Part shown: positions 1 through 8,021 of the stretch, in pieces
Position numbering within the stretch: position 1 is the first letter of the stretch
Layout: every line of letters begins with the position of its first letter
Made by a program: the position numbers and the translations under genes
NCBI GenBank assembly: GCA_036507075.1
Contig: DASXQR010000129.1
Span: 1-32,150 of the forward strand
DNA length: 32,150 nucleotides
Origin: Acidobacteriota bacterium
GTDB taxonomy: Bacteria > Acidobacteriota > UBA6911 > JACQSX01
Reading direction: 5' to 3'
The notes under the pieces: generated by a model
What the model saw: only the letters and a program-made list of their open reading frames with translations
What the model was told of the DNA's origin: nothing
Database searches by the model: none

Positions 1-74
1 GGCCCGCTGGGCCGTCTCCTGCAGAAAACTTTTGTCAGCTGGTTGCAGGAGACGGCCCAGCGGGCCGTCTCTAC
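1..74. repeat. GTAG-type REP doublet (inverted pair; left copy truncated by window edge)
   Basis: GGCCCGCTGGGCCGTCTCC at 1-19 is inverted relative to GGAGACGGCCCAGCGGGCCGTCTCTAC at 48-74, whose reverse complement starts GTAG followed by an internal palindrome. Lies just downstream of the 103-1212 gene. Confidence 0.75.
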
Positions 75-102
75 AATGGCGAATCTTCTTGCAGCGGCTG
101 GT

Positions 103-1212
103 TTACCGCACGGTTACTTCCAGTGGCGCTTCCAGGCGGAATTGGAGTTGGGTTTCGGGGCCGACGCGCACCGGCTTGCCGCGGGCCATCATTACCTGAA
201 CGGTTCCGGCGCCGCCTCCCATGGTTGCGCCGATCACGGCGCCTCTCTTACCTCCGGTGATTGCGCCTAGAACCGCGCCGATGGCTGCACCGGCGGCGAC
301 CTTGGTGGTGTCGTCCTTCACCGAACTTTCGCCGCGCTTGGTCAACTGGTTGGTCCGAAGATTGTAGGTTTCTCCATTAATAATGACGCTCTCGAGCTGC
401 ATAACCAACTCGGCCCTGCCGCTGACCTTTCCGGCCTGAGTGACGCTCACCAGCTTGCCGGTCACCTCGCTGCGGGCGGGAATGACCAGCCGGCCGTTCA
501 CATGGATGTCATTTTCCACTGCCGCCGCAAATCGCTCTCCTCCGCGGCTGTCCTCACTGCTGACGCGATCCAGGGTTCGAATGTTGAATTCTGTCCCGGC
601 AGGTATTACCAGGCGTTCCTGCCGCGGAGCGGGAGGAGCAGCAGAATCCGGTTGATTTGGGTATGCGTCATCCCTGCCGCGCCGCGAATCACGCGGATAG
701 TCGGGCGCGGACGTCCCGTTTGACGCCGGGTAGTATTCGGGAACCTGTTCGGGCTGAGCGGCGGTGACTCCCGACGTGCCCGCGGATGGAGCTGAAGAAG
801 AACTGCCCGCAGAGCTCACCGGCGGGACGGCTGCTTCCGGCGTCCGGCTTGCCGTATCCGGATGCGCTGAGTAGACGGTTCGTCGCTGGCGGCCTCCAGA
901 CTCACGTTCGCGATAAACAGGCTGCGCCGTCTGTCCTGCAGACGTGCGATTTTCTTTACTGTAAGTGGGAGCAGCGGGAAACGTATCTCTGCCGCTCGGA
1001 AGAGCGGACGTCTCTGCCGGCGCCGCTGCAGCGTTGGAAGTGGTCATGCCTGGTTCCGACTGAATTTCCACTTTGCCGGTCGGCTCAGGTTTCACTGCTT
1101 GCGTGTTTTGCCGAAGGCTCTCTGAGGGCTCCGACTGCCAGCGAAAATAGGTGGCCGAGAACAGCACCAAGCTGGTCGCTAAAGCCAAATAAGGTAGAAG
1201 TTTCTTAATCAT
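103..1212 (-). CDS. Membrane-anchored hypothetical protein with Pro/Ser/Ala-rich linker and C-terminal TrbI/VirB10-like beta domain plus glycine zipper
   Basis: 369-aa ORF with GGAGG RBS before the ATG. N-terminal hydrophobic helix, low-complexity middle, then LVIPAGT...VIPARSEVTG...GAAIGAVLGAITGGKRGAVIGA...PETQLQFRL. Confidence 0.75.
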   Translation of the reverse strand: MIKKLLPYLALATSLVLFSATYFRWQSEPSESLRQNTQAVKPEPTGKVEIQSEPGMTTSNAAAAPAETSALPSGRDTFPAAPTYSKENRTSAGQTAQPVYRERESGGRQRRTVYSAHPDTASRTPEAAVPPVSSAGSSSSAPSAGTSGVTAAQPEQVPEYYPASNGTSAPDYPRDSRRGRDDAYPNQPDSAAPPAPRQERLVIPAGTEFNIRTLDRVSSEDSRGGERFAAAVENDIHVNGRLVIPARSEVTGKLVSVTQAGKVSGRAELVMQLESVIINGETYNLRTNQLTKRGESSVKDDTTKVAAGAAIGAVLGAITGGKRGAVIGATMGGGAGTVQVMMARGKPVRVGPETQLQFRLEAPLEVTVR

Positions 1213-1242
1213 TTACGCCTCCGGACAAATTTCTTCGTGTAG

Positions 1243-1269
1243 TTAGATGTCGGCAGATGGGAAAAGTTC
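1243..1269 (-). promoter_or_regulatory. RpoE/AlgU-type ECF promoter (GAACTT-N16-TCTAA) for the 103-1212 gene
   Basis: Minus strand reads GAACTT (1269-1264), 16-nt spacer, TCTAA (1247-1243), 30 nt upstream of the ATG. Matches the classical sigmaE consensus. Confidence 0.6.
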
Positions 1270-1429
1270 ACAAAAATTGCGCCGTGGTTGATACTTTTCC
1301 TGGTTGACCGAATCCAACTAGCAGAGGATCAGGGCTTTGGAATTCAGCCTCTTGACAAACCCTGTGCATGGAGCGAGATCGAAGCTAAACTGAATTCTGA
1401 AGAGTTGATCCATGATGAAGGAGAAATCT

Positions 1430-1771
1430 ATGCGACAAATCATGCTTGCGGCAACTTTGATGGTTGCCCTGCTGGGCTCTGCCTGTTCCGTTCACCGGCA
1501 CATCTCAGAAATCAAGGCCGATCCCGGACGCTATGTCGACCGGTCCACGGTTGTAAAGGGAACCGTGACCCGCAGCTATGGAGTTTGGAAGTACGGCGCC
1601 TTCGAATTGCAGGATGAAACGGGCAGCATGTGGGTTATCGCTTCGCGCATGACGCCCGCCAAGGGTAGCCGCGTCGAAGTTAAGGGCAAGGCAAGGACCG
1701 CCTTTAACCTGCCGTTCATTAATTTCACCGGCACGGTGCTGCAGGAAGAAAGTCGGAAGACGAGATACTAA
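1430..1771 (+). CDS. Small lipoprotein with OB-fold-like domain
   Basis: AAGGAG RBS at 1418-1423 supports ATG 1430. Signal peptide ends in lipobox LGSAC. The rest (TVVKGTVT...FELQDETGSMWV...GSRVEVKG) resembles an OB fold. Confidence 0.75.
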   Translation: MRQIMLAATLMVALLGSACSVHRHISEIKADPGRYVDRSTVVKGTVTRSYGVWKYGAFELQDETGSMWVIASRMTPAKGSRVEVKGKARTAFNLPFINFTGTVLQEESRKTRY

Positions 1772-1776
1772 CGAAT

Positions 1777-2033
1777 TGTCAGTGGTCCGTTGTCAGTTGT
1801 CCGTTGTGGCGGTTTACGGGTTTCGGGTTTTCGGGTTACGAGTTGAACGTTATGTTTGCGAATTGCGGATTCAAAATTGAAAATGCTTAGACTTGGCAGT
1901 CAACGACGATGGATCTTGGATCTGCAATCTAGAAACCCGAAACCTGAAACTTGAAACCTGAAACCCGGAACCCGACAAATGACAACTGACAACGGACCAC
2001 GGACAACTGACAACTGACAACTGACAACGGACA
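1777..2033. repeat. Heptamer-built nested inverted-repeat element, copy A
   Basis: Outer arms TGTC(A/C)GT n / AC(T/G)GACA n, inner arms GGGTTT(C/T) n / GAAACC(C/T) n, around a ~90-bp core nearly identical to that of 28108-28344. Confidence 0.9.
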
Positions 2034-2097
2034 CACCCCAAAGCTTCCTTTCCAACGGCCCCCCGTCTAGAATCACCACATCCGGGGGAAAAATTTC

Positions 2098-4779
2098 TTG
2101 CTCTCTCAGTTTCTGGTAAATGCTCGTCGTTTTGCCGAAAAACCGGCGCTGCAGCTTGTTTCCGAGAGCGGGTTGGAAGTGTTCAGCTACAGCGAAACGT
2201 TTGCCGCCGCACAGCGAATCGCCGAGTTTATCCACCGGAGATCTCAAGGCAAGACCGATCCGGTCGCCATCCTGATGGATTATGGCCCTCACTGGGTGAT
2301 CACATTCTTTGGAATCTATCTGTCGGGCCGCACCGCGGTGCCGCTCGATATCCTGCTCTCTCCGGAAGAGCTTTCAAACCTGTTGCGCCACTCGGGTGCA
2401 GGTCTTGTCTTTTCAGATCCGGCCAACCGGGACAAACTCTCTGCCGTCCCGGAAGGAAATGCGCAGAACGGCCCGATCACTGCAGAATCCCATGCTGCCG
2501 TCTCCCTTGAAGTCATCGATCCGGCCGGCAGCGGCCTTCTGGCGCGCGAACGGATCAAAGACGCCGCGGCTCCCGCCCAGTCATTATTTCCTGCCGCCGA
2601 TCCGCTGGTGATCATCTACACATCCGGCACCACGGGTGATCCAAAGGGTGTCATTCTTACCGAAGATAATTTTGGCGCGGAAGTGACTGCGCTTCTCGAG
2701 CGGGTGACATTTGGCGAGGACGACCATGTGCTCTCGGTTCTTCCACTGCATCATGTTTTAGCCTTGCTGACCGGTTTGATGACGCCGCTGTCGGCCGGCG
2801 CCACGGTGACTTTTCTTGCGACTGTGGAACGGTCCAGGGTTCTGCACGCTCTCAAAAATTTCGGCGTTACGGTATTTGTCTGCGTGCCGCAATTCTTCTA
2901 TCTGCTGCATTCACATATCTGGTCGGAGATTCGCAAGAAGCCCGGATACGTGCAGGGCCTGGTGAGGTTCCTGATGAAATGGAATTTCTCGCTGCGGCAG
3001 AACGGCATGAATTTTGGCGCCTGGTTCTTCCCCGGCGTGCACGCCGCGTTCGGCAGGAGGTTCCGCTTTTTTGCGGCCGGGGGAAGTTACTTCGATCCGG
3101 CTGTGATTTGCGATCTGGCCGCCTGGGGATTGAATCTGGCGCAGGCCTACGGTTTGACGGAAACGACCGGTGCCTGCACCGCCACCTCGCTGGAGAACCA
3201 GCAATGGGGCAGCGTCGGCTGGCCCCTGAAGGGCGTCGAATTGAAAATCCTGGAACCAAACCAGGAAGGTCACGGGGAAATTGCCATACGCGGACCGATC
3301 GTGACGCGCGGTTATTACAAGAACGAGGAGGAGTCGCGCGCTTCGTTCAAAGACGGATGGTTCCTTTCCGGCGATCTTGGATGTCGAGATGCGCACGGTT
3401 GCTGCTACATCACCGGGCGCCTTAAAGAAGTAATCGTGCTTTCTTCCGGCAAGAACATCTATCCGGAGGAACTGGAGCGGCATTATTCCGGCCATCCTTC
3501 CATCAAGGAAGTCGCCGTCGTCCCCCGAATGACGCGCGCCGGGGAAGAGCAACTGCAGGCGATCGTGGTTCCCGATTTTGATTATCTGAAGTCGCACAAG
3601 ATCGCAAATTCGATGGAGATTATTCGTTTCGAGATCGAGAACCTGGCCAACCGGCTGCCTTCGCACAAGCGCGTTACCGGCCTGCAGCTTCGCACCGAGC
3701 CGCTTCCCAGAACGACCACGCGCAAGTTAAAGCGGCGCGAGTTGCAGGCCCAACTCGAACAGAGCGAACGTGAACGCCGGCAGGCGCAATCGGTCGAGTC
3801 CCCGGAGGCGGCGAGCCCTCAACTGGAAAACAGGGTGGCGCAGGAGGTGTACCAGTTTCTTTCAAGAATTGGAAAGAAGCCTGAAGCTCTGGATATGAAG
3901 AGCAACCTGGAGCTCGATTTTGGTTTGGATTCACTGCAGCGGGTAGAGCTTTTCAGTCACCTGGAGGAGATGTTTGACGGCGACGCGCCCCATGAAAGGG
4001 CGGCGGAAATTTACACGCTGGAGGAATTAGTCGCGTTATTTGACCCGGAGAAGACGGCCGAACGGGATGCTGCCGGTCAAGTGGGCCAGAGCTGGTCCCG
4101 AGTGCTGGCGCAGGACGAGCCCTTCGCTGAAAATTTCCTGAAGTCGCGCCCGCTGAGCCATTTCATGATGCTATTGGTGCGGTTGTTCTTTCGCTACTGC
4201 ATCGGGATTCCACTGTTTCGCGTGCGGGTGCAGGGAAAAGAAAACCTGCCGGCGCGGGGACCCTATCTGATCTGCCCCAATCACTCGAGCTACCTGGACG
4301 GCCTGTTTTTCGTGTCATTTTTTCCACAGGCGGTGTTCGATCAGGTTTTCTTTCTGGGCTACAGCCGGTATTTCGGCTCGGGAATTCGAAAATGGTTTGC
4401 CCGGTGGATGCACATCGTTCCACTGGATGCCGACACGCACCTGGTGCGGGCATTGCGAGCCGGCGCCACGGGGCTCAGACAGGGAAAGATTCTGTGTATT
4501 TTCCCTGAAGGGGAAAGGTCGGCCGATGGCCTGGTGAAGAGTTTCAAGCACGGGACGTCGATTCTTGCCAGGGAGATGAAGGTGCCAATCGTGCCGGCCG
4601 CCATAGCCGGGACATTCGAAGTGATGTCGCGTCATCAGTCACGCATCCGACTGCACCCGGTGAGCATCGTCTTTGGACCTCCGATGGATACGGAGCCTTT
4701 CCAAAGTTATGCCGAGTTGACACGGGCGCTGCAGGCGCGCGTCGAGGAATTGTTTGCGCAGGCGAAAGCGCTGCTCTAA
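2098..4779 (+). CDS. Long-chain fatty acid AMP-ligase / acyl carrier domain / PlsC-type lysophospholipid acyltransferase fusion
   Basis: AMP-binding motifs IIYTSGTTGDPKGV, AYGLTET, GWFLSGDLG, SGKNIYPEELE; phosphopantetheine site FGLDSL; acyltransferase motifs PNHSSYLD (HX4D) and FPEGERS. TTG start uncertain. Confidence 0.9.
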   Translation: MLSQFLVNARRFAEKPALQLVSESGLEVFSYSETFAAAQRIAEFIHRRSQGKTDPVAILMDYGPHWVITFFGIYLSGRTAVPLDILLSPEELSNLLRHSGAGLVFSDPANRDKLSAVPEGNAQNGPITAESHAAVSLEVIDPAGSGLLARERIKDAAAPAQSLFPAADPLVIIYTSGTTGDPKGVILTEDNFGAEVTALLERVTFGEDDHVLSVLPLHHVLALLTGLMTPLSAGATVTFLATVERSRVLHALKNFGVTVFVCVPQFFYLLHSHIWSEIRKKPGYVQGLVRFLMKWNFSLRQNGMNFGAWFFPGVHAAFGRRFRFFAAGGSYFDPAVICDLAAWGLNLAQAYGLTETTGACTATSLENQQWGSVGWPLKGVELKILEPNQEGHGEIAIRGPIVTRGYYKNEEESRASFKDGWFLSGDLGCRDAHGCCYITGRLKEVIVLSSGKNIYPEELERHYSGHPSIKEVAVVPRMTRAGEEQLQAIVVPDFDYLKSHKIANSMEIIRFEIENLANRLPSHKRVTGLQLRTEPLPRTTTRKLKRRELQAQLEQSERERRQAQSVESPEAASPQLENRVAQEVYQFLSRIGKKPEALDMKSNLELDFGLDSLQRVELFSHLEEMFDGDAPHERAAEIYTLEELVALFDPEKTAERDAAGQVGQSWSRVLAQDEPFAENFLKSRPLSHFMMLLVRLFFRYCIGIPLFRVRVQGKENLPARGPYLICPNHSSYLDGLFFVSFFPQAVFDQVFFLGYSRYFGSGIRKWFARWMHIVPLDADTHLVRALRAGATGLRQGKILCIFPEGERSADGLVKSFKHGTSILAREMKVPIVPAAIAGTFEVMSRHQSRIRLHPVSIVFGPPMDTEPFQSYAELTRALQARVEELFAQAKALL

Positions 4780-4795
4780 TGCGGGCGCCGCCGCA

Positions 4796-4995
4796 GAATG
4801 CGGAATGCGGAATGGGGAATGCGGAATGCGGAATGTGGAATGTGGGATGCGGAATCGGTGAACGTTATTTGCCCTCATTCGATTCCTCATCGGAACCTGA
4901 CCGCTTTATCTCGCCCGTGGTAATAACCACGGACTCCTGAGAATTGACCCGAAATACCGATTCCGCATTCCGCATTCGTTATTCCGCATTCCGCA
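4796..4995. repeat. Inverted heptamer array (GAATGCG)n ... (ATTCCGC)n with internal hairpin
   Basis: About 9 GAATG(C/G/T)G units at 4796-4855, complementary CCGATTCCGCATTCCGCATTC..ATTCCGCATTCCGC at 4957-4994, and CCGTGGTAATAACCACGG palindrome at 4915-4932. Confidence 0.85.
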
Positions 4996-5058
4996 AGTCT
5001 GGTGCTCAAAATGACCTAATTTCTGTAATCCCGTGTCTTAAGATGGGATCTAATAGGG

Positions 5059-5685
5059 GTGAAGATAGGATCCGTGTCGGTGCTCAAATCTCAGGTGTTT
5101 GGCCTGAAAGCTGAAGAATCCACACTACTTAGGCGGATTCGTGAAGGCGAAACAGACCTGTTTGGCAGGCTCGTAGAGTTCCATCAAAAGAAGATCTTCC
5201 GAATTGCTCTTTACTACGTCCGGGACGCCCTAGCCGCCGATGGCCTGACTCAGGACGCCTTCATCAAGGCGTTTGAGAACATCCATCGGTTCCGGGAAGA
5301 ATCTTCTTTTGAAACCTGGCTGACCAGGATCACCATCAACCTTTGCCTCAACTTTCTGAAACAACGGCAAAGGGAGTTAAGACGGACCGTAACCGAAACG
5401 CTGGGTGAGGACGAGGAAGGCGAACAGATCCCGCTGCAGATTGCCGATCCCTCGGGATCACCCGAGGACCACCTGCTGCGCCGCGAGATGATGCGGCGCG
5501 TAGAACGGGCGATCTGTCTGATGTCGCCGCAGCAGAAGATAGTCTTCCAACTGCGTCATTATGAGGGCCTATCGCTTGAAGAGATCGGAAGCGTTACAAA
5601 AATGAACGTCGGCACCATCAAAAGCCATTTGTTTCGGGCAGTGCAAAAGGTGCGCGACCTGTTGAGAGATACCTATGAGAACTGA
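5059..5685 (+). CDS. ECF-family RNA polymerase sigma factor
   Basis: Region 2 TQDAFIKAF...FETWLTRITINLCLN; region 4 VFQLRHYEGLSLEEIG...GTIKSHLFRA. Start could be GTG 5059, 5074 or 5080. Confidence 0.92.
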   Translation: MKIGSVSVLKSQVFGLKAEESTLLRRIREGETDLFGRLVEFHQKKIFRIALYYVRDALAADGLTQDAFIKAFENIHRFREESSFETWLTRITINLCLNFLKQRQRELRRTVTETLGEDEEGEQIPLQIADPSGSPEDHLLRREMMRRVERAICLMSPQQKIVFQLRHYEGLSLEEIGSVTKMNVGTIKSHLFRAVQKVRDLLRDTYEN

Positions 5686-6193
5686 ACACCTCAGCCTGGA
5701 AGAATGCCTGATGCTCTACCTGACCCCGGATGGAGAACACGTAACCCGGGAGCATCTCAACGACTGCCCGGAGTGTCTGGCCAAATTTCGCAGCGTGCAA
5801 CAGGACATGCGCTCGCAGGCGGCGCAATTCCGGCAGCAATTGGATGAAAAACCGGAGTATTTCTGGTCGCGCCAGCGCAGCCAGATTCTTTCCCGTGTCC
5901 GCGAAATCGGACAGGCTCGAAGTCCGATTGCGCGCCTGTTTGACTTGCGTGTCTGGGCAACGGTGGCGTCGATTTTTATTTTTTCAGTTGTACTGTTTCA
6001 ATTGTCTCCCTATCGTCGGGACGTTCCCGCGGGTCCTGTTGTGCTGCACGATGACGTGCGCGATGATCAGTTGCTGCGCGAGATTAACCAGGCGATCCGT
6101 GACGACAATTCCGATCCGCTGCGCCCGCTTGACTTGCTGGTTAAGGTTCCGAAAAGTTTGGACAAGGTGGAAGCTTATGACGGCACTTCTTAA
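5675..6193 (+). CDS. Putative ZAS-type (zf-HC2) transmembrane anti-sigma factor
   Basis: Overlaps the sigma gene. HLNDCPEC (HxxxCxxC) motif and one TM helix (VWATVASIFIFSVVLF). Confidence 0.8.
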   Translation: MRTEHLSLEECLMLYLTPDGEHVTREHLNDCPECLAKFRSVQQDMRSQAAQFRQQLDEKPEYFWSRQRSQILSRVREIGQARSPIARLFDLRVWATVASIFIFSVVLFQLSPYRRDVPAGPVVLHDDVRDDQLLREINQAIRDDNSDPLRPLDLLVKVPKSLDKVEAYDGTS

Positions 6194-6653
6194 GCAGTGT
6201 TTCGCTGTCTGCCTGTTACTGCTGCTGGCGGGGAGCAGCTCAATTTTCGCCCAAATTGATATTCCACCCGGTAAATGGTGGAGAAATGACCCCGAGATCG
6301 CCCAGGCGCTCAATATCAGCCCCCAGCAAAAGGATCAGATAGAAGCAATCTTTGAACGTTATCGGGAGCCAATGTTGGATCTTCAGCTCGACCTGAGGAC
6401 CAAATCGCTTGTCCTGAATCGCATGCTGCAGTCCGACACTCTGGACGAAAGGAAGATTGAAGCTCAGGTAACGGCAGTAGAACAGGTTCGTGGCGAGTTG
6501 GCCAAACAACGAATGATGATGCTGGTCAAGATTCGGGGCATCCTGAGACCCGAGCAGTGGCACGCGCTGCAGGAAAAGCACGCCCAGCGCCAGCGCAACC
6601 AGATGCGGCCGTTTCGTCCAAATCAGAGACCGGATATCCCGCCCCCCAGGTGA
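6177..6653 (+). CDS. Periplasmic Spy/CpxP/ZraP-like helical protein
   Basis: ATG 6177 overlaps the anti-sigma 3' end. Signal peptide, GKWW motif, LNISPQQKDQI and ILRPEQW (LTxxQ-like repeats). Confidence 0.8.
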   Translation: MTALLKQCFAVCLLLLLAGSSSIFAQIDIPPGKWWRNDPEIAQALNISPQQKDQIEAIFERYREPMLDLQLDLRTKSLVLNRMLQSDTLDERKIEAQVTAVEQVRGELAKQRMMMLVKIRGILRPEQWHALQEKHAQRQRNQMRPFRPNQRPDIPPPR

Positions 6654-6669
6654 TCAGGGGAACCGATTC

Positions 6670-6725
6670 GTTAGCTTGGTGTCTTGGTGGTTGAATTTTT
6701 TTTACCACCAAGACACCAAGCTAAC
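6670..6725. repeat. REP-like hairpin (22-bp perfect stem), family copy 1; plausible bidirectional terminator
   Basis: GTTAGCTTGGTGTCTTGGTGGT (6670-6691) / ACCACCAAGACACCAAGCTAAC (6704-6725), between convergent genes. Confidence 0.85.
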
Positions 6726-6790
6726 CAACTTACTTTCCCCCCCCGCCCCTTCATAATCCTTCCGCCCCTTCTTTCCCCTTCCTTCCGCTT

Positions 6791-6879
6791 CATAACCCTT
6801 CATTCCCCTTCATTCCCCTTCATACCCCTTCATTCCCCTTTATAACCCTTCATTCCCCTTCATAACCCTAAAACCCCTT
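6791..6879. repeat. 10-bp tandem repeat CAT(T/A)(C/A)CCCTT, about 8 units
   Basis: cataaccctt cattcccctt cattcccctt catacccctt cattcccctt tataaccctt cattcccctt cataacccta, with degenerate C/T-rich extension back to ~6736. Confidence 0.9.
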
Positions 6880-8021
6880 CACTTCCCTTGCCTTTGCTTG
6901 ATTTGGTTAAACAAGGTCAGGTAGTGCTCGGCTGCGGCCGTATCTCCTGCCTGCCGGGCCAGGGTTGCGAGCTGGAAGTAGGCGTCGACCATGTCCGGTT
7001 TAATTTCCGTCGCTTTTAGAAAGCACTGGCGTGCTTCTTCGTTGCGGCCGCGCTGCCGCAGAATCTTTCCCCGCAGGTATAGTGCCTTTGCCCTTGCACC
7101 CAGGTTCTGGATTGAGTGGTCCACCGCTTCCATGGCCGCGTCGTAGTTTCCTCGCTCGTATTCGATCTCGCCCAACTCGTACCAGGAAAGGGCATGACCG
7201 GGATCGCGCTGCAGCTCCTGTCGAAAGTACTTCTCCGCCTGCACAATATCGCCCATCGATTTATAGGAGAAACCCAGGTGGTAGTAACCCTCGCGCACGG
7301 CCGGATCGAGAGCTACCGCTTTGAGAAAGAGTTGATGCGCCTTTTGTGAGTAGTTCAGTTCGTGATATGCGCGGCCGAGGAAAACGAGCGCCATCGGGTC
7401 ATGGGGGTCCAGTTGCAGGGATTTTTCGAGCTGCCTGGCTGCTTCTTCAAACTTGTTCTGGCTCAACAGCACCACGCCAAAGTCATAGAAGAAAGAGGCG
7501 GAGCGGGGTGATGCGGCGTCGGCTGTGCGGAATTCCGCCTCCGCCGATTTGACATCCCCGCGCTGAAAGAGAACCAGTCCCAGGAAGTGGCGTGCCTGCC
7601 AGTTTTTTGGCTCGCGTGCCAGAATGCCGCGCACAATTTTTTCGGCACGATTCAGATCTCCCTGCTGCAAAGCGCGCGAAGCACCCTGAAGTTCTACCGA
7701 CGTAGTCGCCGCACTTTTCGATCGCACCGGCGCTTCCTGAACAAATGGCTGTCGAACCTGCCCCGGCGAGCGCGCCCCGGCCGCCAGCGTGACCCCGCAA
7801 AGGAGCAGCATCGTGGGAGAGCAGAGGAGCCGCGTAAAAGCAAAAACCGTCCATGTCCACGCGCACGAACACGTCAACGTCCACGCCAACGTCCACCATG
7901 TCCGTCCAGGTATTGTCGCGATGGTCAGCGTAGACGAGACCGTGGACGTTGACGTGTCACGTGCACGCGGACGTAGACGGCTTTTTCTTTGATCCGGCTT
8001 CACTGTTTGTTGGCGGTTCAT
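6879..8021 (-). CDS. Tetratricopeptide repeat protein (probably exported)
   Basis: About 7 TPR units (ARHFLGLVL, FFYDFGVVL, ALVFLGRAY, YYHLGFSY, SWYELGEIE, ALYLRGKIL, AYFQLATL). Start is either 8021 (TAATG overlap with upstream stop) or ATG 7811. Confidence 0.85.
   Translation of the reverse strand: MNRQQTVKPDQRKSRLRPRARDTSTSTVSSTLTIATIPGRTWWTLAWTLTCSCAWTWTVFAFTRLLCSPTMLLLCGVTLAAGARSPGQVRQPFVQEAPVRSKSAATTSVELQGASRALQQGDLNRAEKIVRGILAREPKNWQARHFLGLVLFQRGDVKSAEAEFRTADAASPRSASFFYDFGVVLLSQNKFEEAARQLEKSLQLDPHDPMALVFLGRAYHELNYSQKAHQLFLKAVALDPAVREGYYHLGFSYKSMGDIVQAEKYFRQELQRDPGHALSWYELGEIEYERGNYDAAMEAVDHSIQNLGARAKALYLRGKILRQRGRNEEARQCFLKATEIKPDMVDAYFQLATLARQAGDTAAAEHYLTLFNQIKQRQGK
7847..7980. repeat. 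Hexamer-periodic inverted repeat (ACGTCC-like / GGACGT-like units)
   Basis: Arms 7847-7885 and 7941-7980; inner 17 bp are perfect (ACACGTCAACGTCCACG / CGTGGACGTTGACGTGT). Flanked by an A-run (7836-7846) and a T-run (7982-7990). Confidence 0.8.

Noticed and set aside
103..1212. Conjugative type IV secretion system
   Set aside because: Only an isolated VirB10-like domain; no other vir/trb genes in the window.
1900..2292. 130-aa minus-strand ORF, and similar ORFs at 4639-4890, 15333-15629, 25961-26272 and 27934-28206
   Set aside because: They are translations of heptamer repeats (VSGFGF, FRIPHS, TTDNG) combined with antisense coding sequence.
5844..6176. N-terminal extension of the Spy-like ORF, and similar extensions at 9794, 17643, 20419, 24618 and 28241
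   Set aside because: They overlap other genes, repeats or the sigma54 promoter; signal peptides or domain starts fit the later ATGs.
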